A stretch of DNA of 64,000 nucleotides, taken from the NCBI GenBank assembly GCA_977016875.1, contig CDRNST010000318.1, positions 1,612,001-1,676,000 on the forward strand, in the 5' to 3' direction. Position 1 is the first letter of the stretch. The number at the start of each line of letters is the position of its first letter. The DNA comes from Pavona decussata (Eukaryota). Positions 12,601-25,453 of the stretch are shown here, in pieces. Under the pieces are notes generated by a model. The model was not told the origin of the DNA and ran no database searches. It saw nothing but the letters and a program-made list of their open reading frames with translations. Both the position numbers and the translations under genes were made by a program.

Positions 12601-15600
12601 CTGTTGATCAAATCCTCTTGCCTTGAGATTTCCATTTTATGGATGTCCAGTTCTGATGCTAAAAACTCATTTTGTCCAACTAGTTTCTCACACTGTTCTT
12701 TTGCCTCCTTTTCGTTATCTCTAGAAACAAAATTAAAACAAATTTATCTCTTTACTACCGGCAAGTTAACGCAGCTCAGCTCAGCTTTTCCCGAAGAGTT
12801 TAAATTTTTCGTCCCAAAGATCAATGTATTTGTACGCGACAGAAATCTTCGAGCGCCTCTGCTGTCAGCATATTTGTTATCGGTGTTGAGTCTCGACATT
12901 AGCGAGGACTTTAAAGACTTTAAAAACAACACAACACAAAACAAACAAACAACCACTTTTTTTTACAAAATAACAACAACTCTACTAGATATCGGATTTT
13001 ATCAATTCACAAGTTCCAATCAACCACAGCCCCCAGTTGTTCAAAGGGCGGATAATTTAATCCGCTGGATAGTTTGCTCTGATCCGGCAGATAAAATGTG
13101 TGCAAGATTTTCACGCTAGTCCTATAATTTGTGAATAGAGTAGAAGCATATGTCAAATTTAAGAATGGGATTGTGTGGAAAACTTGCCAAAAGTGTTGGT
13201 TGGAGAACATTTGCTCCGCTGGATGGTGACTTATCCAGTGGATAAAGTTATCCGCTCTTTGAACAACTGGGACCAGAGAGCTCTACAACATAACTCGCGC
13301 GCTACCTACTTTGATTTCTTGAGTTGATCTTCCACATCCACAACGTGTTTTTGGCTGTCTTCTAAAAGTTGCGAGTTTGTCTCCAAAGACAAACCAAGTT
13401 CATCTATCTGAAGATGATATATAAATAACAAATGTTATGCTGGTGATCCACTGAATAAACTGAACACATCGATAAAGAAATTATGAGAAGCGGCATAGGG
13501 TTAACAGGATCGCGTGGTGCGCGAAAGTAAAAGGTTAACCCATCCTGTTTTCACTACAAGCCCGAGGGCCCATTTCTTGTCCCAAATCCACGATAATTTC
13601 CCTAGCCGGAATCGGGCAGTTACAATATTTTTATTTACATAAAAGACAACATCTTACCTGGTACTGAAGAACCGTTTCGTTTTCCCTGCTCGAGGCCACG
13701 TATTTCTCTGCTTCAAAAGCAGCTTTCTGTCATGGAAAGATAAAGAAGGACGACTATTGTTTAAACTGTGTTGTTCAGTAAGCGACGCGACTTGCAACAC
13801 AATACCGAGGAGAACATTTCCGTTGCAACTTGCAGTAAACGAGGTACAATGCAGACGATGTAACTCGCAACGTAGCGAAACGGTACAAGACATAGTCTAC
13901 ATTTGATGAAACTGTCGTCCGTAGCCTGCGGTATCAGGCGCCTTTTCCAGCGCGGCGAGCGAAACAAAAAAGGGAAAAAGCGTCTGCTCTCACATGACAA
14001 GCTAAACTGGCTGCGGCAACAAAATGTTTCGTAGAAAGACGGTTTGAGGGGTGTTTATCCACACAAGCAATTTCGTCTACAAGGTGGAAGCTTTGTAAAT
14101 AAAAAAATAAATAAACTTGCCTCGTAACAATATAGCTGCGTACCTTAAGAAGCTAAATCATATTTTTAGGCTCAGTTTAAGAGTTTTAAGAAATGAAAAA
14201 CATTTTCCGTTTTTCCAATTATCATGTTAGTAAGTTGATTATAACGAGGGGGTGGGGTGGGGGGAGGGGCTAATATTATAAGCCTCGTGGTTCCTTCCTC
14301 TACCCCTGTATCTTTTAATTTCTCTTTCGTTAATGTATATTTTTTCTTTCTTTTGTATGTGGCAAATAAGTCAACTCAGTAGACGACAAGATTAAGGTTT
14401 CTATTGTTTGAAAGATAGATTGCTATTCAGGCAATCAGTTAAGAATTTCAGTAATCAGCTGCCATTGCAACTCACCTCTAACCTGTCCACCAATCCTTTT
14501 AATGTTACACAATGAGTTCTGCTTCTTTGAACTTCCTCTTCCTTCTGCTGCACAAGTTTACAGAGCCCGTGAACTTCACAAATGTTGTTATCTCTTTCTT
14601 GTGTCATATTTTCTATTCTCTGTTGAAGTTCTTTGTGTTGCTCAGTTAGCATTTCAAAGTCTTTAATTTGCGTTTTTAGTTTAGCCACGTGATCTTTCAA
14701 TTCAGCATTGTTTCTCCGGCTTTGGAACAGAAGTTCGCTCACAGCCTTCGTTTCTTGTTTGCTTTTTTGTAATTCCTTCTTCACGCCAGGAAGTTCCAAC
14801 AACAACTCTTGTAATTGATGACACTGCCCTTGTAGCTCGTTAAGTTCCTTTTGTTTGGATGCTAATTCCTTTTCAAGAATAGCAGCTGCTGAAGGAACAC
14901 TGTTATGAAGTGGCCTTTTATTCCTTGTTTGCTCCTAAAAGGTACAGTCAAATTGAAACAGTTTTAATTTACATGACTTAGAACACATATTTTGCCCAGT
15001 CTTAACCAAATGAGAGCACTGAAAATATAAAAATAGAACTGAAAATATAAGGGGGTAGAGGGTGGGGGAGGCAAAGCCTGTGCCCCTCCCCCTTATTTTT
15101 TTTCCCTATCACCATCTACCCTACTGTCCTTTATTTGTTATCATTGCAAACTTTAGGTTGGGTAACTGGGGATTTTTTGTATTTTATGTTGCAGCTATTT
15201 CTTGTAACAGAGCACTGAAAGTTAGCAAGAAAATCAGTGTGGGTTATGTTCACACCAGAATTTTAATTACCAGCCAATATAAATTGTCCAGAATGCTTAA
15301 AATTGAAATTATGATCAATGACTTTTGGTTTTCACCGAGTCTGTTTTTAACAGTGTGTGAAATTATTTTTTGGTAAGAGCTTCTTGATGATAGAACTTTG
15401 GAAATTCACCCAAACAAGCTACAAAATTCAGAGAAAAAAATTAAATGTTATTGGTGAAGGCATTACAGGAAACTTGCCTTCATCAACAGTGATAACTGCT
15501 TCTCAAGCCTCAATCTTTCTTTATTCATCTGTAGAATGATTGATTCATGATCCATTGTCCTTTGAGAAGGTTCTGTCTTCACCTTTGATTCATTCTGATA

Positions 15601-18176
15601 ACAGAAAATATAAATCAGTCTCAAAAAGATATTTTGCAGGCAAAATGCTTCCGTACAAAACAATATATATTTTATGCTAATCTGAAAATAATTGGCTTTG
15701 AATTTTTAAATTTGTGGGATAAGGGCAGGTGTTTTTAAAACTGATTTTCTTCATACTTCAAGTGTAACATTAATATTTAATCAATTTATTGTCAATGAAA
15801 TTCTCCATAGAAAAAAAATAAACCTAAAAAATATTTTTGCCATCTCATATATGCACATTCCATAAAGTTCCACATATTTCATAGGAGTCCAAAGGTTGGG
15901 TACAGAAATTTATTTTTAAAATTTAAAAATAATAGATCAAAACTTTGACAGAAATCCACAAAATTAATATGTTAGAAAAAATATCACCTCAGCCAAACAC
16001 TTTTTCTGAATAATTATGAAACAGATTGAAGAAATCTTGAATGATATTACAACAAAATATTCAGAATGCTATTGTTAGAAATAAATATTTTAAATACAAT
16101 TTTCATAATTCTAATTTTCTGACACTCAAAGAAGCCTGCAATCCTTGAGTCAGTAATTTCCAATCTATGCCTATTTCCAACTCCTGCTTTCTTTTCAGTC
16201 TTTGGGATTCACGTTAATGTAATTTGTGAAAAGAGCACCACATTATCTGGCCATTATTATTAAACAATAATATTGCTCGGTATTTTTCTCAAGAAAAAAG
16301 CCACCTCATAAACATGGTCATTAGCCACATGAGGTTACCATTTCTAGATCAACTCACAATATGGACTCTTAAAAGGAACTTACACAAAAATAATGTAAAC
16401 ACCTGATATCATCCCTTTGTACAGTTGAACCTCCGCTAATGGGCACCTCCCGTAGGCGGACACCTCTCATAAGTGGACACTTGGTCATGTTCTCAGCTAC
16501 ATACAAACACTACACTTTTAACCTCCTTTAAGCGCACACCTCTCTTAAGCAGACACTTTTTCTGGCCCCAAGGGTGTCCGTTTACGGGAGGCGTACACAT
16601 TAAACACCTTATTTTGGTTTCCAAATTCTTCCTTGATGAATGTCATTGCTTTTTTTGTGTGCCACCACCAAAAACCTAAACTTTGTCACACAACAGACCT
16701 ATCCAAACAAGTAAATGAATTAATAGCAGGGAACCCTTGAACAAGCACCTGGGATACTTATTTAAAGTTTAGTATAAGGCAGGAGGCTCCTAGTTTTTAT
16801 ATTATATTTTTTTGGGAGGAAGGGGGAGAAGGTTTCTTATTTACTTTTTCTTAAATTATGGCCATCTTTTTTTGCAATGTTAATAACATTTGCGATGAAG
16901 GGTAACCTGAGATTTAATATACAAAGCTGTACATATCATCCTTAGGCTAGTAAAAGCACACTTTGTATGCATAATACAAATGACATTGACCTGGAAATTG
17001 TACTGGTTGTTTGTATTGTAATGATGGAGTCAAAAGCAGTTCAACTTTGATACCGAATAGAATTGCCGATGACTGTATTGATGTGTGATAAACAATACCA
17101 ACAGAGGGGGGAGGGGGGAGTCAGGGGCATAGCCATTTATATGAGGGGGCTGGTGCTTATTTGATGGAGGAAGTGCTTCATAATATTTGAGTTATTCGAG
17201 TGCTTATACTATTTTTATTTATTATTAACTGCAGTATTTCTTGTTAGCTAATACATATACAGCCAAATTCCGACCTTTTCCACTTCTTTTAGAATTCTTC
17301 CAACAACCTTTTCCACAAAGTCTTCGACGGACACTTCTTCTTTGTGTTTGGTAGGAAGCAAATCATCCTCTTTAGGAGAGTCTTTATGGATTGGGGAGGA
17401 TATCTGCAGTGACTTGACTAAACTCGGCATCAGCTGGTCCAAGTTGTTTAAGGGAGCACTACGCCTCTTTGACCTTTGTTTCCGTTTAAGCAGTGTCCTT
17501 GTTGAAAGGTCGGAATGTCTGGATCTTTTTGGAGTACCATTGTTTACACGACTGTCCAAGACACTTTTGAGTGGGTGTCTGGAAGGGGTGACCAGTGCTG
17601 CCACCTGTCAATCATGTAATTTTAATGAGCATTTGTCACTGAGTTTCACAGCCAAAATTTGGCTGTGATGGTCAGTTTCATCATTCACACCTCAATTTGA
17701 CAGAAGCATCAAAATGATTCACAATTTATAGGGCGAGTTAAGTTTTCTTTGCAGAAAGTATTCCATCTATCACTGTGTTGTTTAGTTAATACTATTAATA
17801 AACTATCCTGAAGCCAGATCAGATTTTCTTTCTTCTAGCTTTCTACTCAAACAGAATTGACACGCGAAGCGGTGACAACGAACCGCAAAGGAAGGGAAAT
17901 TGATCAAGAGGGCACGTCGCGTGCCATTGTTAAAAGAAAAAAAGCGGTATTAAATCATAATTGGGAAGTATACATTGTTAATTAAAATTTAACATTTAAG
18001 TTGATTCAAAGATGAAAAACAGTTGAATTAACCACGTTCGCGATTTTGCATCAAAAGAAAACAAAACCTTTGACAATGTGAACCCGTCAAACTACTCATT
18101 TTTAAAATAAATACAAAGAATAAGAGATTACCCCAACGGGTAGATTTTCCTGATCTTCGTTCGGACTCCTCAGCAT
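6664..18176 (-). CDS. Long coiled-coil protein, Astrin/SPAG5-like; 17 exons, ~899 aa
   Basis: Phase-consistent exons 18176-18132, 17604-17275, 15594-15478, 14934-14476, 13726-13658, 13407-13310, 12720-12540, 11689-11600, 11488-11391, 10888-10717, 10414-10274, 9864-9647, 9196-8962, 8654-8463, 8361-8275, 7573-7493 and 6750-6664 (2700 nt). The C-terminus RVLEGNIQKAEAEICRLDALVEKIRLVLHKYPDMISSCPDLNKLLSFLD resembles the Astrin tail as I recall it. AATAAA on the minus strand at 6594-6599. Confidence 0.75.
12090..12350. repeat. Interspersed repeat/MITE with internal CGTTTGCCGTTT/AAACGGCAA motifs
   Basis: Several direct and inverted copies of cgtttgccgtttc-acgtgaaa within an intron. Confidence 0.45.
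13027..13276 (+). mobile_element. hAT-like MITE (CAG..CCCAGTTGTTCAAA TIR)
   Basis: TIRs cccagttgttcaaa / tttgaacaactggg; a near full-length sister copy lies at 53754-54000. Confidence 0.75.
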
Positions 18177-19244
18177 TGTTTACTAGTATAAGTTGTGTTG
18201 CATCGTAAATTTACAATCCTCTATTGTCCAACAAAGTTCAGCTGTTTTCGAACATGCAGTGAAGTTTGAAATGCACGCGTCTGCTAACAAAGCATTTGAT
18301 TGGTGGAAAGTTTGTGCGCCGAAAATGATGCCAGCGGACACTGATCTACTTCATATGAAATGTCACGAAAAAAGGCTTCACAATAGCTCACTGAGCTTTG
18401 CAGGAGGTGAGTACCTTTTTAATCGTCTATTGATTTATGACCAATATATTTTATTAAAATACACAGACGTAATTTCATCACAATTTTATTTCCGTCAATA
18501 GCATCCTTACAAAATTGTTATTTTTAATTTTACACAGCTAAGTAAATTGGCCACCAATTTTACTAAATTACTACTTTAAGTAAGCTTAAAGTTAAACTAT
18601 GAAACAACTATTAAACAATTAGATAAGCTTATATATAGCTGAGCTAATATCAAGAGCCAGAAGGAATTTTATGGCCTAAAGCTTAATAAATGTACACTTA
18701 AACAATAAATTCTTATACAAAGTAAATATATTATTGACAAGATTTCACGGTTGTATATATTAAGTTACATAAGTAATTAAGCTTAAATAAATTAAATTCC
18801 ATATTAATGTTTTCATCACCATTTCACGTATCAATGAGTAATGGTATTAACACAAGATTTGTTTAGTGATGGGTAAGCCTGAACAAGGTCCCACCTTCCC
18901 CTATATGGAAATATAATGACATTTTTCATTTAACAGAGCTGACATTGACATTCTAACCTACGTATAACCATTAAATCTTTTCTCCAGTATCTTTGTGAAC
19001 ACATGATAAATTAACAGAATAAAACAGTTCCTCCTTATTGGCTTATTTTTACCTTTGAATATACATGTATAGCTTTTTGTCATGGTAGCTGAACTGTCAA
19101 ATAAACAAACAAGTTTAAAAAAAAACTAGGGAGGAGACTACTTATAAGAAACTTATAAATAGTTATAAATTCTTGATTTACACGTTACATCACAAATAGA
19201 TTCTTGTTATGCAAATACCAGTTTTATAACAACTGAGACTATAG

Positions 19245-22200
19245 CTAAAGTGTCAATTTTGCAACCCATTTTGACAGCTCTCTTCTAAACTGGGCCCAGT
19301 CCTCTAGTCCAGCAGATGCCACATTGTGCGTTGGAATGGCAGGATCTTGAACAATCGGCAACGTGAATAGAGCTGGAAAATTCTCACGGGGATAGTCATC
19401 TGCCAGGTAATATTCGTTCCAGAAAACTCTGATAAGAGACAACAACAATGTTCAAGTTATATATTAAGTAAGACTAATGATAAAATCTAAAAATCCTTGG
19501 TGGGATTTGAACTGCGACATCAAAAAATGGTTACTAGTCCACAACAGTGGACTTAAGTAACCATTATTTTCCAATCCACCCTGAGTCACTGAATTTTTTT
19601 CAGTGGTCAGGATTCCCAGTGTCGTTTTTATTACTTACTGATTTGTCAGAGGATATGCTAATTTCTTTTGTTTTAGTGTGGATTTTCTTGGAGATCTAAG
19701 AAGGGTCCTAGGAGGGTTAAAGAAAATCTTCTGAGAGTGTGACTTGTTAAACTTACTCAAGTGATTCATCTCCAACCATGTCTGCTAGTTCTAAGAAAAC
19801 ATCCTTGTCTGCTCTGACGGCTTGAGTGTCACCTCCCCTGCAAGAGTACAATGATAATTAATTATAATGATAGAACTGCCTGTTATGATGGTTTTGTAGG
19901 ATAAAATCAAAAGAAGCAACTGTTCACAGAAGCTCTCTGTGCTAAAATCCTTCAAACTGTAATGATTGTCAGGTTTAGAAAAACAACAACGCAAGTTTGT
20001 TCAAAATACATACTCATGAACCACTTGACAAGCAGCTGTGACCAGCAGTGACAGCAGGTACTGACTGGGTTTGGATGAGGAATTCCGCCAGGCAACTGTG
20101 TTACTCCACGCCTTTACAATACGGATCAGATCCTTGCACTGGCAAGAAAAGAAGCAATAATATCCCTATTTATCAGTAACAATAGCTAGTCAGTTAATTG
20201 TTATCAATGACAATTATAGCTAATTGGTTTATAATGCAGATTATCTTGTGCTCAAGAACTGCTTCACTTTACAACATCACTCAGTTTCTTTGAGTAAAAA
20301 GGAATGATAATAATTTAACAATAATTTTAAAATTTATAACGTGCAAGTATCTATATAGATATAATCAAATGTGCGATAAAATGCTGATGCGAAAATTAAA
20401 GTTAAAAGACAGACTTGTTCTAAAAGAAGTTGGCATAAAAAAGAGAGACAAAGTCTGTCCCATCTGTAGATGGTCAGTGGGGGTTATTTTCTCATCCTCT
20501 GACAATTTTGGCCTTAACAGAGGAAATAGGATATTTGTTGAAAACAGTAAAGCTAGTACAGTTTTGTTTGAAAGGGGCATTTGATGGCGATTTTTCTACA
20601 AGAAAAAACACAAGGAAGGAAGAAATTAATTAAAGGATCACATAGTAAGTAAAATACCTTTGAATTCTGCAGAGAAATGAACTCTGTTTGTCTCTCACAG
20701 GCTGAAATGTTGTAGCTGAGGAACAAACAATACAAAACTTAATACAAAACTTTCTTACTAAAGGAGGAAATTTAATGTGATGGACAATATTCATTTTTCT
20801 GAATATCACAATGGACTTCAACATAAAGTCGAAAGGTTCTTGTGGAGTACCAAGTTTCCTGTGATTAGCAGTTCTCATGAAATCAAAATATTTTTGTTGT
20901 GCATGTTCCTTTTGTTACTTAAATTAAGTTGTGGTCACAGACAAAACTTTCTACCCTCCCACCCCTTCCCCTAAACCCGCCCACGTGGGATGGGGTCCCA
21001 TCCATCACTACTATAATATACTCACAAAATCTGTGCATCCCCTGGCTGAGACAAACACTGTTTGTATAACCCTTTGAAGCCACCCAATGGTTCCCAGTCA
21101 TTGACTGGCATAACCACCACATTGACACTATCGCATTTGAACAGAACCGCTGTTTGAGTCGTCATGAAGTCTGAGCATGGCGGCAGTTTGCTGGCTGTAG
21201 GCTGGTCATCATTTGCGCTGTCGGCTGTTTTGGAGCCTTCTTGTTTCAGCAACGTTTTGATAGTGAATACTATGGCCGGTAACCAACTCTTATGTTCGGT
21301 TCTGGGAAGGTCTGAGGGATAAAATAGTTTATCGGTCAGTGCAGTTATTTGTACAATGAATGCTGTGCCGTTAGCACTAAGAACACAAATGATGAATCAG
21401 AGAATTAACTCGGCAGTGTACATGTGTGTTGTAGTGGGAAGTGAACCTTGGATTTCCCACTGAGCGTTAGCCCAAGTAAGGAAAATGGAAGATCACACGA
21501 GGCAAAGAAAAATATCTTCGACCTCGGCGGCAATTCAGCCCACAACATTGTCGCAATTACCAAGAAAAGCAATTGTTTTTTTTTTCTTGACTTTTCTTCG
21601 CTTTTTTGCCCGTTTCAACTTTCTCTTGCCTTCACCATCTTTCCTGTGTCGAAAAGGATGAAGTCATACCAAACATGTCTGCATTATACCTTTTACAAAC
21701 ACTGCCAAGTCTAGCTCCTGATATCCTTTGATGGTTGTTCCCTGCCCAGCTGCACCAACCACTGAAATGCGACTGATACTAAATGGTAACTGTTCCTGTG
21801 GCACGGACAAAAGACAAATTGAAAACGCTATCAACTGTTTATAGGTTCTCCTTCCCTTACTGTTATTCCTAGGGGCTGTTGGACCCAACTATGAACTGTT
21901 TCAGTCGTCCATGACGCCCGCCTTCCGGGCCTTAGGGGCTCTGTTGCCTCTTCTGTAGAAGTCTTATGGCTCTTAATACACTCTTTTCGTGAGGAAGAAG
22001 TGCCTATAGAGTATTTTTGCTGTGGATTGAATCTGGCCAAACCAAAGAACTAGTCGCAATTAGGAGAAGTCCAGACAGTTTTCAGAACTTCCATGCGCTT
22101 GACCCAGCCCTTTCCCCAGGAGAAAACCGTTGTTGCTGAAAGGTTTACCATTAATATGCCTTTGTATTCGCCAAGAGTATCTACACCCTCTTACCATCAA

Positions 22201-25200
22201 GAAGGATTTCAATTTCTCTGCAACGTCTTGTTGTTTTTGAAGTTGTTCTTCCTCGGGCTGAGCGTCTTGGACGAGATCTTTTATACTGCTTACTTTCTTT
22301 CCATCAATCTAGTCAGAAACGAAAAGACGAGTCGTTAACCATGAAAATGCTTTTTACAACCTGTCTGTATATTGCGACCAAATTGTGACGCCTGCTGAAC
22401 GAAAAACTATGCGTTATAACATCGGACATTTCTCTCTCACTTCACTTCACTTCACTTCACTTTACTTTACTTCACTCTACTTGACTTTACTTTATGAAGG
22501 CAACTGATAGAAGATAATAACCTCGTCAACAGTGCTCTCAATTTCCGCGAGGTATTCATTGCTTTCACTGATCTCATTCTCTAGCTGTTGAATAGCTTGT
22601 TCTTTCTGCTTCAGTTCCTCCTGCCTGGCTGCTATCTCCTCATCTTTGTCAGCCAGTAATTGATCTTTCTCGGCAGTCACGTCTTCCAGTTGAAATTTCC
22701 TGTCAAACAATGAAAATTGCGTCATATCAGATTCCTTGGAAGATATTCTACAGGATTCTTCTTTGATAACTAATTGTGGCAAAGACGTAGAGTTTCTAAC
22801 CTTACAAAGACGAAAAAACTAGTTTGATGTCGAAATTGTTACGTACCCCCCCCCCCCCCCTTCCTTTAAGGAGAGCTGCCTTTACTGTTGAAGGGTCCTC
22901 GGAAGCCGTGTATAGGGTTGTAGTTTATAAACTAACCGCGGACAAGCTTTACTCTTTTTCTCGGGAAAAAGTCATCATTTTGAGAATAGATTTTGAAACC
23001 TGTACACTGCATTATTCCCTGTCTATTTAGTATAATGATTTTGCGCTGCAGTTTTGAATTGTTCGAGTTGTATGATGAGGCTGGCAGCCGTTCCTTACCA
23101 CTGAAGTGATTAGAGGCGCTGATTCCCGGGTTAAGGTCTTCCAGTTGCATGTTCAAATCCTTGCCCGCACTTTTTAGACCAACAGCCCAGCTTTCCATGA
23201 GGTGACCTTCTTTTCGTTTGTTTATAATGCTGCCTCCCCAATTTGATCTCAACTGTTGAACTATTTTACACTTTGGAAACTATTAAATCCCCTATTTGTT
23301 AGAATGACATCGATATGCTTTTCTACCCCTTTTACCTGAACAAAACGTTTCCAAGTGGTAAAGCATGCGAACTACTCATCGGAAGTTCACAGGTTTGACT
23401 TTTGTTGGGAGAACTCCCGTTTCCTTTCTCCGAGTATACCTGACTGAAAACATTCCACAATCAAAACGTGTCATCTTACCAGAAATTTTCAAGTGCTGCT
23501 TTTGCTTGCGCGTTCATCTCTCTCAACTTAGCAACGCTGTGTTTGTCAGAGTTGATGAGAAGAGGGTCGTAAACTTCATTTGTGTTTTTGATGACCAACC
23601 TAACACACGCGTGTTTGTCATCATCCAAGTACGGGCTGTAAGGATTCAACACCTAACAATACAATGCAAAGTAGCATTCCGTTACTTTATTCAGTCACTT
23701 TCATGTTGCAAAATAATTCAAAAACAACGAGAGAAAGAAGTCAATGGAATTCTTGAAAAGAACAACTTGTGATCTGGTGTAGAGCATTTTGGAAACGAAA
23801 TTGCGCGAACTTGAAAGAAGTTAGCCAATCTTTTTTCAAGTTGCAATCTACTGATTTCAACCCAGTCCATTTGTGGCCAGACACAGCCGTCTACAGTTTT
23901 ATCCCTTCACAGGGCTACCAAGCCCGAGGAACTATAAGGATAGAAGTCTAACAGTGATCAGCATCAAATTTCGCCTGGTAACATCAATGCTTATACAACC
24001 CCTGAGGTCATGAGAATTTAGGATATGATCACCCAAGGTGAATTTTCTTGTTATTTTAATAACTTCTTCCCAGTAATTTTATAAGAAAAGTATGAGGATA
24101 AGATAGGAGAATTTGTTCTTTTATGTTAATAGTTAAAGGGTTAAATAAAATAATTTCATTCCATTTCCATCTCATAATTTTTATTCTGGTTTCTGTTGAT
24201 AGAAAACGTTTTGAGTTTTTGACGGTCCCCACGACACCGATGAAGATGTTGGGAAGGCAATCCTAATCAAAGTTTGAAAAGGGCAATCAACCAGATTTTT
24301 TCCGATTATAACGTACCTCGTTTAATTCCAAAGTTGTGTTCATGGTCATCTCATCCTGACTGTAACAAAAAGCACTTCTACCAGGAACATCCCACGAATT
24401 GACTGTCACACTTCTGTTGTCATCCTTGAAACAAAACACACGGACACTCCATAGAATCTTCATGTAATAAGCGCTGTCTTCCAAGTCTGTGTGTTTACTC
24501 TTCGGATCAAATATCAAGCTGAAATCCAGCGTTTTCTTGTCATTGGAGCCAGGCTTGAGAGCTAAGGGTGACACATCCTCTATAAGGCATTCATTTCCCA
24601 TGTTGTTTGGAGGAGACCAGTTTGCTGTGTCAAATCCGAAGTAATAGTAAGGGTCAATGCTGGTGATCTTGACGCCGACGGAAACCATACCGCCTTTAGA
24701 GATGGCCTTGAGATCTTTGGTGCGGACAAACTTCTCAATTCCAAACGCTGAGCTGGAATTGCTGTCGCAGAAATGATGACTCACCTGTACTTCACGGCTG
24801 TCGCGTACGAAGAGAGAATAAGTCGCCTTAAATCTTAACATGGAGGGTTCTTCTCTGTGCAAATACACCGCGGCATGTTCAGGATGTTGTTCAGCGTTGT
24901 TCTTGGGCTCTCCTTTGGGGTAGAGTACAAGGTACCATTGCTCGCCGTACAGGGAAAACCTTGAGCTAGAGACGTGGCTAGTACGGGATGACAAATTTAT
25001 GACCAATTTGTCTTCAAAGACAGTATTCACCATTGAGCATTTGATCTCAACAAACAAATTATTCTCATCCAAGAAGCCCGAGTCGGGCTTCTGAATCTCT
25101 TCGACTGGAACTAACTTACTCCAGCCGATTCCGAATCCAACTTTAGGGAACTCGTCGTCTTCGCTTAAGTTTCCAGCTCTCACAGACTTCGACGGGTCTC

Positions 25201-25453
25201 TGTGGTTGATAACTTCGGCAGAAAAGTTCATCTTGCATTTTACTTTGTCGGTGAACTGTCCGCCTCCGAGCCACCTTAAAAACACACCAAACTGTCCTCC
25301 CTTGACAGCGCCTTGGAGACGCCATCTACACCCGGAGAAAAAGAACGGCTTTGAGTACACATTCGCACCAATTTCGGGAAAGTCTTCAAAGATGAAACTG
25401 AAACAACCAATATTATCCTCGAGAATTCTTGTATTGTGCAATCGTAACGCCAT
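19245..25453 (-). CDS. MATH x3 - coiled coil - OAS-like nucleotidyltransferase-fold fusion protein; 10 exons, ~813 aa
   Basis: Phase-consistent GT-AG exons 25453-24317, 23652-23480, 22699-22522, 22308-22195, 21795-21690, 21311-21026, 20715-20658, 20138-20014, 19837-19757 and 19428-19245. MATH motifs SKPFFFSGCRWRL..FGVFL..FGIGWSKLV and FSLYGEQWYLVLYPKG..AFGIEKFV. OAS motifs VVGAAGQGTTIKGYQELDLAVFV, CERQTEFI, KDLIRIVKAW, PSQYLLSLLV, VFWNEYY and PIVQDPAIPTHNV. Confidence 0.85.
21425..21535 (-). mobile_element. SINE-like interspersed repeat fragment
   Basis: ttccttacttgggctaacgctcagtgggaaatcc segment; a related fragment with a B-box-like tcgaaccc lies at ~26590-26735. Confidence 0.4.
22437..22492 (+). 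repeat. (CTTCA/CTTTA)n pentanucleotide microsatellite
   Basis: About 11 imperfect units visible directly in the sequence. Confidence 0.9.

Noticed and set aside
21831-22140. Coding-looking 69-aa ORF inside intron 4 of the MATH-OAS gene
   Set aside because: Flanking exons already join in phase and give a contiguous OAS N-terminus; no recognisable motif.
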